Source: Octopus sinensis (lineage: Eukaryota). Taken from it: DNA of 64,000 bases. The notes beneath the pieces were generated by a model that made no database searches, was not told the DNA's origin, and worked only from the letters and a program-made list of their open reading frames with translations. Below, piece by piece: positions 50,950-64,000 of the stretch. The stretch covers positions 4,154,001 to 4,218,000 of the forward strand of contig NC_043013.1 of NCBI RefSeq assembly GCF_006345805.1, read 5' to 3'. Position 1 is the stretch's first letter. Each line of letters opens with the position of its first letter. The position numbers were made by a program, and so were the translations under genes.

Positions 50950-52109
50950 CCTCCTTCTTTCCTTCTTTCCTGAGCGTCCAATAATTCTATATTTGTTCCA
51001 CGTCCTCGCGTTGTTGTGTTTTTTATGCTTTCATGTTTGGATTAACTGTATATATATATATATTTGGGTGTATGTGTATAAATATACATGTATGTACGTG
51101 CATAAGTACGTGCGTATGTATGTTTGAATGCATTTGTCTTATATATATATTTATATTATATATAATATATATATATATTATATATATATATATATAATAT
51201 ATATACACATTTGTTGTGCATATGTCTGAATATCACAAAATATACTTACTGTTCAGCAAAGTATTTCATCTAAACAGACTATTGTCAAGCCATAAACAAG
51301 TTAATGAGATAGTCAAACAGTTCAATATCGAGGCCAGATTTAGCCTCAAAGTTTAATTATTTAACCCTATAAAATCACAATTTCGGGATATCAGGATACA
51401 GGATAAACGTCTATTGCAAATAATCAGATTAGATTTAGGTGTCTATAAAGGAAAGTGTATATTATCTATTATACTCTCGTATGGACAACTTAGACTTTCA
51501 AATTTCAGCTCAACTCTCAATAATATTCCATAGTAAGTTTTAAAAGCTATAAAACAACTTAACATGGACCACCGAATGTACTTTTCAAAAATTAGACTTA
51601 ATAATGCGGCAAAATATTGGGTAGCTTTAACTACTGTTTCAGTTCAGAGATTCTCACGGAATCTTCGAATAAAAGAGGTAAGATAGAGTAGAAGTTTGGA
51701 GCACTAAAACTTTCAATTCCCGATTACATAGGATAAAACAAACAGCTGAAATATTAAAATAGAATTTGAAAAAGTATTATAACACAAAACGTCAAGTTAT
51801 CAGTTTTCCAAAGTCACTCAGTCCCAGTAGTATCAACATAAACAGCAAACTGCAACACACTAAGGGGATCTGCGTGGAAGGGAAATAGCAAGGTTTTTTT
51901 TATAAGAGATCGAGGATTTAAAAAGTTTGCCGGAAACATACTGAATAACAGTAATAACAAATAGCACAATACTTGCAAAAAGGATACATTTAATTTCAGC
52001 ATAAACATGTTCTTTTGCGGGTTTTGTATCATTAAACAGAAGTTTTGAATAATATCTAATCTTTCGTCGTAAGAATCTGAAAAAAGTTTCACGGGGACTA
52101 TTTTAAATA

Positions 52110-52320
52110 TGCTGACAGAACCGCGTTAGCATGCCGGGCGAAATGCGTAGCCGTACGTTCTGAGTTCAAATTCCGCCGAGGTCGACTTTGCCTTTCATCC
52201 TTTCGAGGTCGATAAATTAAGTACCAGTTACGCACTGGGGTCGATGTAATCGACTTAATCCGTTTGTCTGTTCTTGTTTGTCCCCTCTATGTTTAGCCAC
52301 TCGTGGGTAATAAAGAAACA
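52110..52320 (+). mobile_element. SINE family B, long-tail subtype
   Basis: Head, core and tail all recognisable, with a small internal deletion. Confidence 0.88.
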
Positions 52321-53002
52321 GATATAATACCTAAATTTATTAAAACCACTTGTCAAAATTTTTGTTCAATAATATCGCCACCTATTCGATCTTGTAAAGT
52401 TTTGCTATCAATTAACTTACAAACTATTTTTAAACCAGAGTTAAGAATTGCCCCATACAATTCAAGTACTTATTTACAAAAATTGGTTAAACAACAAATA
52501 GGGAACATTAACTGTAAAAGGGATAGACTCTTAAGAAGCTATGCATAGTTTACCATATAAATGGATCAGCAAAACTTTAAAATCATACAGTCTTCATCTA
52601 ACATACGTACGATCAAAGGCGTTGCTGTAGTAAACATACTGTCTGATATTTCCAGGAGGCTGGACGAACACGTTGCGGTTCTCACAGCGGCTGCTTGCTC
52701 ATCCCTTTATAACAGAGATAAGAACAAATGATTAAATCTGACATTATACATCATCAAAAATATTTTCTGCCAACAAGTTTAAATGCAACACACTTAATAC
52801 TGGTATTTGGAACGACGACTTAATAAAATCATACTCAGTTATGTAACTCAGTTGCTTACTTTATATCAAGTAAAGGCAATGACATCCTGCCGAGGAGGAG
52901 TTTACTCGTCCCGAATTCAAAATCTACTTTCACCGTCATATCATGAATGTATATACATCATCAGTATGTATATCATACCAATGTCTATACATCTATCTAG
53001 AA

Positions 53003-53047
<45 letters not shown>

Positions 53048-53119
53048 GAGAGAGAGAGAGGAAAGAGAGTGAGAGAGAGATGTCAGACAGAGATCGATGT
53101 CGGGAACCTTGCTAAGAGA

Positions 53120-53410
53120 TCTTGAACGAGGAGATCAGGGATAGAACTGGAGTGGGAGACGTCGTTGCCGAATACCCCCATGCAGAGCTACGAAGGGCCG
53201 GTCATGTCAGACAATCGGTGGCCCCGTGGCAATTGTCGAGTGGTACCTGCGCGAACGGAAGAGACCACTCGGAAGACCTCCAATCAGATAGGAAGATGAT
53301 TTCAGAAAGAAGCTTAGAACAACCGGCCAGAGAAGGGCAAGAACACGAGGCACATGGAACAAATGCTGTGGCCAACGGAACCGACTTGGCAACAGACAGC
53401 CGACCCAGGT

Positions 53411-53412
<2 letters not shown>
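53120..53412 (+). mobile_element. RTE-clade LINE 3' fragment
   Basis: NEEIRDRTGVGDVV...AGHV, then a frameshift to AIVEWYLRERKRPLGRPPIR*EDDF; same family as 23445-23725. Confidence 0.85.
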
Positions 53413-53453
<41 letters not shown>

Positions 53454-53737
53454 CACACACACACACACATGCTCGTATCTGAATCCTATTGCGATTTTTT
53501 TCCGTCCAAAATAAGTTATATTCTTCTTCTTCTTCTTCTTCTTCTTCTTCTTCTTCTTCTCTTCTTCTTCTTCTTCTTCTTCTTCTTCTTCTTTTCTTCT
53601 TCTCTTCTTCTTCTTCTTCTTCTTCTTCTTCTTCTTCTTCTTCTTCTTCTTCTTCTCCTTCTTGAGACATGCACGCTTAGTTCGCCTACAAAAGAATCCC
53701 CCCGCATACCTTCACGCACTCTCCAAGGCAAGCCCCT

Positions 53738-53792
<55 letters not shown>

Positions 53793-54376
53793 ACAAAAGC
53801 GTACGCCTTCAGTTTAGAATAAGGGAAAAGACGTATTGCAACGTGAGGCCTTCCTCCAAAAGAATCAGCCGTCTCATTGATAGCGTATGGCAGAATTAAA
53901 GAGTGGGTGTCTCAGAAGCTGCGTGTGGGTGTATCCATGATAGCACTGTAGCAATCTGTTCAGTCACAATTTCGTGTTAAAGAGCATATCATACATCACT
54001 AGTGGTATGTGAAAATTTGACAAGGTTAATCCAACCTAAGCCAAACCGCTTAGATACGCCGTATAATTATATGTCTACCTATAGTTAATAATTACATACT
54101 CATTAACTTACTTCCAGGCCGGCGGCAAGTAGAGATTGTTGGAATTGTGATAGCTTAAGGTTTTTTTTTTTATTGTTAGCGATGTTAGTATAGGAGGAAA
54201 ATAATGGCGATATCTAGGTAGTGAGTAGTAGTAATAAAGCTGACGTAGTTTTTTGACCATCGCTTTATGACGTAGTTGTGCTGAGGGGGATGCCTGCCTG
54301 ATGATATCGCTTAAAATAATACTACTTTAGATAACCGATTGTGACTGCTACAGCGGGGAGGGATCTCCATGCGCTT

Positions 54377-54581
54377 GAGTTGTTCTCAACCATTTTTTTG
54401 CCTATGGACTCCTTTGATTCCTATTTTACTCGGGTGGACCCTCATAGCCATTCAATGCTTAAAAAAAAATCCTCTTGTATTTTTATTATTAAATATTATT
54501 AAGAACTATTTTTTTATTGTAAAAGTATTACCAACTAATTTCATATAAATTTTAACAACAAAATCTGGTTGAGAACCACTG
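54377..54581 (+). mobile_element. hAT MITE
   Basis: Ends GAGTTGTTCTCAACC and GGTTGAGAACCACTG (CAGTGGTTCTCAACC-type TIR); no clear TSD. Confidence 0.75.
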
Positions 54582-54615
54582 CACTAAAGGATGCATGCAT
54601 CCGCATATATATATA

Positions 54616-54650
<35 letters not shown>

Positions 54651-54673
54651 GGTGTGTGTGTGTGTGTGTGCGT

Positions 54674-54715
<42 letters not shown>

Positions 54716-54809
54716 ATCCAAACAAGAAAGCACAAAATAACACAACAACGCGAGGACGTGGAACAAATATAGTATTATTGGACGCTCAGGAAAGGAGGAA
54801 AGAAGGAGG

Positions 54810-54844
54810 GTTTAACGTTTCGAGCGGAGCTCTTCATTGGAAAC
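54810..54844 (-). ncRNA. Probably inactivated hammerhead-like motif (G5A) in a third copy of the 41612 family (54711-54916)
   Basis: GUUU CCAAUGA A GAGC UCC GCUC GAAA CG UU AAAC. Confidence 0.45.
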
Positions 54845-54954
54845 ATAAGAGAAGGAAAGATCCAGAGAAAGGAAGACAGAGGGAAAAAATCGCCAACGGT
54901 ATACACGCGGTCACATTTATATATATAATATATATATATATATATACATAGACA

Positions 54955-57880
54955 CAGGCACACATCCACAGAACCCTCATCTTCCTGTAATGAAGATGAA
55001 GGAAAACCAAAAAAACCTAAAATAAAAAACAAAGCACAAAAGAAAACTCCACAAAGCATAACAACACCCACTATAAAAAATAGACACCACACACGCAAAC
55101 ATCTCCCCAATAACACCGACATCAATACAACCAACACGGTCACTATCACCAAACGCAAACAACCTGTACAGACACAAGGATACTCATACAAACATCTGAA
55201 ACTAAAGATACCACACTCACAGTAAACACAGACACCACCGAAACAACAAGAAAACCACCACTATCACACTCAAGCAAACGATATAAACAACTACTACAAA
55301 AAAAAAAAAAACACCGAACTTCGTATTCATCAGAAAGGACAACAAGGAACTGATGGACCTCGTAACACAAAAAAATTCAAATTGAAACAGATTTTCGAAT
55401 CGAGCAAATTTCACGCACCAGATTTGCTTCTGGTGCGAATGTCGCTCGATTCATACACAAAAATTAGAGAGAGAGAGCTTTCCTGGGGACGTGGGAACCG
55501 CGAGCGTGAGACCTACATCGGGACTCTAAAAGGGGTTCCCATAAAAAAAAACCCACCAATTATGGAAGTCGAACCACTCAACCTTCGCAGGACACCGGGA
55601 GGTAAGTAAACCTTTCCCAACTCTTTTTAGCTTGCCAACATGGCCATATCAAAAGTAAGAAGTATAAATGTTCGAGACTTGGGGTCACTTTGGAAGCAGG
55701 GGCGCCTGCTCAACGACCTCAGGGCTCTAGAATCGGACGTAACTGTTGTCAGTGAGACCAGGATTTCCAATACACACGCACTATCCCCCATTCTCGACGA
55801 CTATCAATTCTTTGCATCTCTTAGTCGGCCGGGAAAGGGAGGTGGAGTGGCAGTGCTAATTAGGTAAGAACTGGATCTTGAGGTAAGATCATTCTTCCGG
55901 GACCCAAATCGTAAGTTGGGGTTCCTGAACGTGAGCAATAACGAAGGGAGTGTCTTGAGACTGGTGGCCATTTATACCCCTACCAGAGTCAAATGACAGG
56001 ATTTCGTTGGACATATGGAAGCCTTTCTAGATACATCTCACCTTTTGCTATTAGTGGGGGACTGGAACAGAATCTTAGATGTTCGATGGGAGTAGCTGAT
56101 AGAAGCGGGAAGTGGGTGCGAAAGCCTCAAGCACCTGATCAGCCAGTTCCATCTGTCTGACAGGTAGCGACGAGATTTCCTTAATATGCTAGTGTGGACC
56201 TGGACCAACTGCTTAGGATCATCTAAATCGTATAGACATAGGATTTTCACTAGGAAAATAGTACTAGCAGCGAAAATGGCATTAGATCTTTTCCTCAATG
56301 TGAAACATGAAGATTGCATTCGCAGAGCTAAGGAGCGTGCTTTGAGAAACGAGGCAACTAAAGCTGTTCCAAGGGCCCACGTAGCGAAGCGCAGCGTGGT
56401 AGCAAAACCATAATTCGGTCTTTGACAAATCGAGAAGAGGCCTTTTGCCAGCACTTTGTTCAGTTGTTCGGTGGGAGTGGCGGGTCAGAGACGGTATCGG
56501 ACTTCAGTTCCTACCTTGATGGCTTGCCGCGCCTCTCGACAGCCGACTCTGAGCGCTGCGAGAGGCAGATAACTTTAGTCGAAATTCAGGATGCCCATGT
56601 CGGCTGCATGAGGTACTGATCAATTCAGATCAATCGAATGCATTCAATAAGGTCGACGATCGGTGCCTGGGGGTTGTCCTCAAGACAGTTGGCTTCGGCT
56701 CCGTCTCGGAACTGTTTCAAATCTCCCGACCTGTCCGTCAAATTTGCCCTCTCTCCTCTCTTCTGTACATATTGGCTCCTGAGCCTTTACTGCGGAGGCT
56801 GGAGGTGCTTCAAGGCATTCCGCTCGAACAGCGACGCAGAAGGGGTGTGTTGTCTTATGCAGACATCACCGTGATGATGTAAAACACTCAGAAATCGAGG
56901 TGGTCGGCACATTAGTGGAGGAGGGATATGAAAAGCTGACAGGAGCAAAACTTAACCCGGAAAGTTCGGTGGGCTTGCAGCTCAGCACCTGGAAAGATAA
57001 GACCATGCCGTCCAACAACGTCGTTGGTCGCTGGACGGACGCACTAATAAAGTTGGTTGGGGTTTGGTTCGGACCAGACCTCCAAGTGGATAAGAACTGG
57101 GACGAGGTGTCGAGTAGGGTAGCCAGTCTCATCCAGAAATGGACTGCGAGGAAGCTATCACTGAAAGGTCGGGCGGAGGTGGCGAATGCGTACATCTGGG
57201 CCGTAATCTACTACCGTCTGAGAGTCCTGTATTGCCCCCGTTGCAGAGCCTCCCCTTCAAATTCTTTTGGAGGCGACAGGTTCTGTCAGCACTCTCCACG
57301 TGGAGGGCTGTGCATACCGTGGCTAATGATGTGTAGACATCATTAGGTTGCAGCATCACCAGATATTCTACCTAAATGGTGTGGTCACCGTTTATCAATT
57401 TAGCCTTTCCCCAGCTCGTCTCCTTGACTGAGCTGAAGTCCTGGTTCAAGAAGAAACCCAGATATGTTGAGTGGTATCTGGAATGTTGCCAGGCACTCAT
57501 TGTCCCCCACCAGCCTGAAAAATCGGTCAGTGGAACGTCTACTCTCGAGTTCTATAGAGGGTTAATGGTGGGAAAGTGCGATGGCGCACTCGGAGAGGCG
57601 CTGGGCGTCGACGAAATCGAACTGACCAGTCTGTAGAATGGTAAATTTGATGAGGAGAAGTGTACCCTTTCCGAGTATTCTCGAAGCATCGGGTGGTTCA
57701 GGATTGGTGAGCCAACCCTGGGTGGTCATTCCCCCTATTGGGGAAACCTCAATTCCTATTTTTTTGTTTAAAGTTTGTTATTGTTTTCCCAATTTTTTAC
57801 CTCGTTGTTTTGTGTAAACCACCCTCTGCCCCGTCTACTGTATTGTCCCTTATATGTCAGCCCTGGTGGACAATAAAAGA

Positions 57881-57920
<40 letters not shown>
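54955..57920 (+). mobile_element. Tx1/L1-clade LINE, decayed: ORF1 C-terminal region, ORF2 APE and RT, 3' UTR with AATAAA and (AAT)n tail
   Basis: ORF2 start MAISKVRSINVRDL...DVTVVSETR...GGGVAVLIR (55640); GDWN; AYAD-like box near 56855; KLVGVWFG...WTARKLSLKGRAEVANAYI; GACAATAAAAGAAATAATAAT terminus. Confidence 0.88.
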
Positions 57921-57926
<6 letters not shown>

Positions 57927-57983
57927 TAATAATAATAATAATGATAATAATAATAATAATGATAATAATAATAAAAATGATAA

Positions 57984-58018
<35 letters not shown>

Positions 58019-58317
58019 ATAAACTTTAATAACTACAATTCTTAGAAATTTTGCTGTGAAAATTTATCTGTGAGCATTTTAAATTTCCTACAAAATGATA
58101 TGAGAATCATGCATATCCACAATTTTCTCTGGCCAAACACACAATCGATCATCTCCCAAAACTTTGAAACTTCAATACCTCTAACTTTCTGTGAATACCT
58201 GTCCTTTCCTGAGTATTCGAAAATGTAAAAATTCTCTTAGTACAAGAACACTACATTTCTCACTGACCGAATACACAAACCATCATCAGTAGAAAATTAG
58301 AAAAAAAAACTTTAATA

Positions 58318-58718
58318 GGCGCAAGAGTGGCTGTGTGGTAAGTAGCTTGCTTACCAACCACATGGTTCCGGGTTCAGTCCCACTGCGTGGCATCTTGGGC
58401 AAGTGTCTTCTGCTATAGCCCCGGGCCGACCAATGCCTTGTGAGTGGATTTGGTAGACAGAAACTGAAAGAAGCCTGTCGTATATATGTATATATATATG
58501 TGTGTGTGTTTGTGTGTCTGTGTTTGTCCCCCTAGCATTGCTTGACAGCCGATGCTGGTGTATTTACGTCCCCGTCACTTAGCGGTTCGGTAAAAGAGAC
58601 CGATAGAATAAGTACTGGGCTTACAAAGAATAAGTCCTGGGGTCGATTTGCTCGACTAAAGGCGTGCTCCAGCATGGCCGCAGTCAAATGACTGAAACAA
58701 GTAAAAGAGTAAAAGAGT
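58318..58718 (+). mobile_element. Full-length SINE family A
   Basis: A-box TGGCTGTGTGG, B-box GGTTCAGTCCC, short internal (TA)/(TG) block, (AAAAGAGT)2 tail. Confidence 0.93.
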
Positions 58719-59170
58719 TAATAATTATAATTCTCTGAAAATTTTGCCCTTTTTTTACTCCCTGACTACTCGAGTATGTAAACGTACCTTTTATTCCAAA
58801 ATCGCCATTAACCGCATGACAAACATTTCCTCCAAAATAAGTTGAAAATCCTACATATCCACAATTTTTTCTGGCCAAACACCTTTCAAACGATCACCTT
58901 TAAAAACTTTGAAACTTTATGAAATAAACAACTGCTAATATATACTAACTGCATAATTACGAAAGCTAAACCACGGCAAAACCTAACCTATAAAAAGACA
59001 GGAAAAATTTATGTATATATATATATACATATATATATCCTTAAATCCTTAAAAATGTATATATATATATATGTATATGTATATATATTTATATGGATAA
59101 CACCGTACAAAATTCTGGTGCATCTGACTCTTAAGTACCATATTCATTTGAATCTAAATTTTGCTGAACT

Positions 59171-59239
<69 letters not shown>

Positions 59240-59274
59240 TGTGTGTGTGTGTACATATATATATATGTATGTAT

Positions 59275-59315
<41 letters not shown>

Positions 59316-59724
59316 CATACATGTATGTGTATATATATATATATATACATACATGTATGTGTATATATATATATATACACACATACATGTATGTGTGTGT
59401 GTATTAATTATTGTTATTTTTCTATTTGTAATTAAAACAGAACAAGGTGAGTTGGCCCTTTTCAAGGCCAAAGTTATCCCTCTCATTGCTCACTTGTAGT
59501 AGTACACACATTTGACCTCTGCTGACCGCCAGGGTGTGACGCTTCTTTTGCTTCCTGATCGCACTACCATTGTTGCGTTGCCGCTGCTACTACTACTACT
59601 ACTACTACCACTGCCACTAATAATAGCAATAATAATAATGATTTGCCTGGAGACATACACATGCGACAGCATTTGCATCGTGCTGACAGAACATATACAA
59701 TCCCATTACCACTTCTACCACGGC

Positions 59725-60110
59725 AGTGGAGGCGCAATGGCCCAGTGGTTAGGGCAGCGGACTCGCGGTCATAGGATCGCGGTTTCGATTCCCAGACCGG
59801 GCGTTGTGAGTGTTTTTTGAGCGAAAACACCTAAAGCTCCACGAGGCTCCGACAGGGGATGGTGGTGATCCCTGCTGTACTCTTTCACCACAACTTTCTC
59901 TCACTCTTACTTCCTGTTTCTGTTGTACCTGTATTTCAAAGGGCCGGCCTTGTCACTCTCTGTGTCACGCTCAATATACCCGAGAACTACGTTAAGGGTA
60001 CACGTGTCTGTGGAGTGCTCAGCCACTTACACGTTAATTTCACGAGCAGGCTGTTCCGTTGATTCGGATCAACCAGAACCCTCGTCGTCGTAACCGACGG
60101 AGTGCTTCCA
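59725..60110 (+). mobile_element. Full-length tRNA-derived SINE family C with 11-bp TSD
   Basis: TSD TCTACCACGGC at 59714-59724 and 60111-60121; head GGCGCAATGGCCCAGTGGTTAGG...GGTTTCGATTCC. Confidence 0.93.
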
Positions 60111-60299
60111 TCTACCACGGCCGCCGCCGCCGCCAACGCAATCGCCACCCAATTGGAAATATCTCGGAGACTGTATGATGGTTTTGTCTTTTGTCTCCCT
60201 ATCCCTCTCTCTTTCTGGGTGTCCGTTCAATATCTGCCTCTTTCTACGATACTACATGGATTCTGTCGGCCTGCCGTTAAACACCTTCCAGACGGCAGG

Positions 60300-61900
60300 T
60301 CAGGACATGAACTAATTTAAAACTTCTCAAAATAAAATGATGATGCCTGAGACCTCTGAACCTTACCCAAGGAACCAGACAACTGGTTAACCTTGTGCGC
60401 TTATAGCACGGCCCTGGATACCAACCATGGAAATACCTACTAGAACCCGTTCGAAGTACGTGTTCCTCAGTGACCTTAGGGTCTGACTTTAAATCAGAAC
60501 CAACCTCCGCAAGAACCTGTAGCGAATCAAACCAGGGATATTCCCGAAACTGACTCTCAGGATCAACTACCAAAACTATCTCAAAGAAATAGAAATACAA
60601 GACAGAAATGGACTAAGGAGGAATATATCGAAGTTATGCATGTTTATTATTATTCAATATTAAACCCAGAAACATCAACCACACAAAAAGAAACGTCCAA
60701 TATCTGGAGGTGCAAAAACATGCATAGCAGGCTGTACATTGACTGTAATAAAATAAGAACTGTCAGACGTGAGATCCTAAAAAATAAAAGACTAACTGAC
60801 AGTGAAATTAACAAAATCGTCAGATTAGTCAAAAGTCAGCTCAGTATACCACATACTCATATCCACAGGCCAAAATCTCTGAAAACTCAAACCAGCAAAC
60901 TAGGTACACAGAACCCTATGAACGTAGACCATCAGTTGATACTAAAAACACTATAAATGATCGCGTCAGCATTGAACTGTTAGATGGAATACTAGAACAA
61001 TATCTAGTACAACTACATCAACCTTTCCACGAAAGAGCCCCACTTACCAAAATTATTAATACTAATAAGAACAGAAAAGTAATCGAAGGAGTTGATGAAG
61101 CACTTAGAAAGGTGATACGACAACTCCTTGAGAATAGTAGAGAAAATGCCCTCGAAGTGATTGGTCAGCTCAATTATTCAGCTGCTTATTTTGCGACTCA
61201 GAAATGGGGTTTTAAAATTAGAGATAGACAAAAAAAGTGCAATGTACACAAACAGCCTGCATGGATGGAAAGAACATACTGGCAAATAATCCAACTAAGA
61301 GCAGATATATATTTTCTAGTTGAAGCAAGCAAAGGGAAAACTAATAAACCCAACAAACTAATAAGCATAATTGTTAAACACGACATTTACAAGAAAACAA
61401 AGGATACACAGATTGAAATCTTCAAACAAAAACTACAATTAAAAACCAAACGACTGGCAATATACAAAAAACGCTCAGCATTCCATAGACAAAACATACT
61501 ATTCAAAGAGAACACAAAAAATTCTACAGGAAACTGGGGGAAAATACCATTATTGTGAAAATACCTCCTCCATAGCAGCAAACTGAAGATTCTTAGAAAA
61601 AGATTTGGAGTAATCCAAAGGAGTTTAATCAGAATGCACATTGGGTCTTACGAACGGCACTGAAGCATGAAGATTTCCAACAAGCTTCAATCATGAAGCT
61701 TAGTCAGAAATTAGAAAAGTCTCTTGGCCTACAACTTAACAATAAGAACGACCAAAGACACCCCAATACTGAGAGACCTTCTATTGCTTCTCCTGATTTA
61801 GAGATTAACAATCAGAAAGACTAAAGCGATCCAAATAGTTACAAACCTATATTGGATGCAAAAATAGATCAAGCAAAAAGCAAAGAAGACTTGCATGAAT
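60300..61900 (+). mobile_element. R4/Dong-clade N-terminal (Myb-like and pre-RT) relic
   Basis: RQKWTKEEYIEVMHVYYYS...IRTVRREILKNKRLTDSEINKI; KQPAWMER; RLAIYKKRSAFHRQNILFKENTK; KIWSNPKEFNQNAHW. Confidence 0.75.
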
Positions 61901-62137
61901 AATAGTGAAGACAACCGGATCAACGGTGCGCATATCGTCAGCCACTAAGGGACATGCTCAACTGGTTAAGGTCAAGCAACTGACAAGCAAATCTGTGGTA
62001 TTCGTCAGAATATTTGCTGTAGCCCATCTTTTATACTAAGACAAAACAATGTAGATGAGACCACTTCCAATCAGTTAAGATCAGAAGCGATGTGAGCCAC
62101 TGCCTGGTAGTGCATCAGGGTATTTTATCCTCCTCCT

Positions 62138-62168
<31 letters not shown>

Positions 62169-62836
62169 ATCATCATCATTACCTTTCATCCATTACCTTT
62201 ACCTCGACTTTATCTTTCATTCTTTCGGGGTCGGTAAATTAAATACTAGTCGATGTAATCAACTAGTTCACTAGTAGAAAAAAACATTATTATTGTTATT
62301 ATCATAATTATTGTTGTTGTTGTTGTTTTACTTCTCAAGGCGTTCGGTCTTGCTTGTTTTAGTTGATTCTGTGAGAGCGGACAACAGCCGTTTGTCAGAG
62401 GCCTCATAGAGTCTCTCTCTGCAAATTATACAAGTGATAATTGGTTGTTAAGTATCATAGAAGACAGTCAACTCCCAAGTACCAGTCTCAAAATTCTAGC
62501 TGTCCCCAGCAGAGCACTTTTTTGGGGCGGGGGACGCTTGCTCTGCTTTGTTTACTAGTGCTCCGCGTACCCCTACAACAACTGGGATGATATACACTCC
62601 CCTGATAGTCCACATTCTTGCAATTTTGACAAGTTTTAATGAGACCCATAATATTCAGGCATTCACTGTGTGAGACAGAATGCAAGGAGAGTCAATCTAT
62701 GTTGCAGATTCAGTTCATCAGGAGCTTGCAATTTGGGGCTTGATATACACTATAAAACAAACACATGCGCGAGTGCACCCATGATATTGTTAGTTTGCGC
62801 GTGCTTGTTTGTATGTGTGTGTGTGTGTGTATACAC

Positions 62837-63037
62837 CAGCGGTTTTCAACCAGGGTTCCGCCAGTACAGTCCAGGGGTTCCGCAAGAAGTTACAAAACTG
62901 CTAAAATCGGCAGTAATTTTTAATTCTCCTGTGCAGATATGTGTGCATAAGACTATTAAATTATTGCACAGGGGTTCCTCGAGCCAGTGGAATGTTTCCT
63001 TGGGGTTCCACTCCAGCAAAAAGTTTGAAAAGCACTG
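62837..63037 (+). mobile_element. Complete hAT MITE with perfect 8-bp TSD
   Basis: TIRs CAGCGGTTTTCAAC and GTTTGAAAAGCACTG; TSD GTATACAC at 62829-62836 and 63038-63045. Confidence 0.93.
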
Positions 63038-63053
63038 GTATACACACATATAT

Positions 63054-63093
<40 letters not shown>

Positions 63094-63309
63094 ATTTTCG
63101 TATATTTTCCACCTTTGTTCTCTTGTTTGGATTCTCTACCTTCAGTAAGTGCGATTACCAGCCCCGTGCCTTCACGGAAGTCGGCGGTTCACTTCTTAGA
63201 CATTCTAGCACAATAGTAACTATTGTGTGGCCATTTTGATTGAAGAATTATCTTTGTTCTATACCGATATATTCGGACTAGAATTTCCATTCTTTTCTAC
63301 TTTTCTACT

Positions 63310-63510
63310 CTAGGCATAAGGTCCGAAATTTTGGGGGAGGGGGACAATCGATTAGATCGACCCCAGTACGCAAATGGTACTTAATTTATCGACCTCGAAT
63401 GAAAGGCAAAGTCGACCTCGGTGGAATTTGAACTCTGAACGTAAAGGCAGACGAAATGCCGCTAAGCATTTTCCCCGGTGTGCTAACGTTTCTGCCAGCT
63501 CGCCGCCTAG
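63310..63510 (-). mobile_element. SINE family B adjoining (AAT)n
   Basis: Reverse-complement core and head, with the (AAT)n array 63520-63630 at its 5' side. Confidence 0.88.
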
Positions 63511-63568
63511 AGTTTCCATAATAATAATGACAATAATAATAATGATGATAGTAATAATAATAATAATG

Positions 63569-63629
<61 letters not shown>

Positions 63630-64000
63630 CAAAGTTAGGTTTAACGCTTCTAGTTTTTGATATTTAATTGTCTTACAGGTCAATGTTATACTGAAAATAA
63701 GCTTTGATTAATAACAAGGGTTAGCGTTGTACTTTCTCTGAAGGACATATAATTAATCCCTTTGTTAGACAATCTAAGATCTCGGAAATGACGGGCAATA
63801 TCACAATTAGAAAAATAACTAATTTCGACATGTCTCTTTTATGGACAGCAGAATGGAAAACAACCCAAACCTGTTGCTTTAAGAAGAAAAGTTTAATCTT
63901 CTGTGACAACTAACGAACAGAACAATAATCTGAAGAAGTCAGATGGGTACAATGGCCAAAGATTTGTAAATATTATAATGGAGATGTGAATAATAGTCCG

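Noticed and set aside
51814-52548. ORFs 51814-52092 (-) and 52303-52548 (+) as host exons or a transposase
   Set aside because: No recognisable motif or convincing splice signals; only a faint transposase-like impression
55602-55630. GTAAGT...TTTTAG mini-intron joining Tx1 ORF1 and ORF2
   Set aside because: Only 29 nt, and splicing would not put the ORF2 ATG (55640) in frame
58318-59790. tRNA genes at the SINE heads (58318 and 59725)
   Set aside because: A/B boxes are present but no complete cloverleaf, and they continue into SINE bodies, the 59725 one bounded by a TSD
60269-60300. CCTGCCGT/ACGGCAGG hairpin as P4 of an HDV-like ribozyme in the R4 5' region
   Set aside because: P1, P2, P3 and J4/2 could not be assigned

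Overview
AT-rich eukaryotic DNA saturated with repeats and microsatellites. The SINE families and microsatellite load suggest an octopus or other coleoid cephalopod (inference, not a database result). No host protein-coding exon, rRNA, true tRNA gene or CRISPR array can be supported, and most ORFs in the track are translations of simple repeats. The window is a mosaic of decayed mobile elements: R4/Dong-type and HERO-type RLE non-LTR retrotransposons, RTE, CR1/L2-like and Tx1/L1-like LINE relics, Penelope RT and GIY-YIG fragments, hAT, mariner/Tc1 and DD37D transposons, a non-autonomous Helitron, and at least four tRNA-derived SINE families (labelled A-D here). The main unexplained signal is ten minimal type I hammerhead-ribozyme-like motifs from six unrelated short repeat families, most of them embedded in (TA)n arrays. 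Most have a self-complementary or very short stem III and an extra nucleotide after A9, and they carry non-canonical core variants (U3-A8, C4, U6, C9). The best, at 11944-11990 on the minus strand, folds completely and has a compensatory U3-A8 pair. Several long fold-back hairpins are also present, as is a Penelope GIY-YIG fragment enclosed by ~160-bp inverted repeats. All structures were folded by eye and none has been tested.
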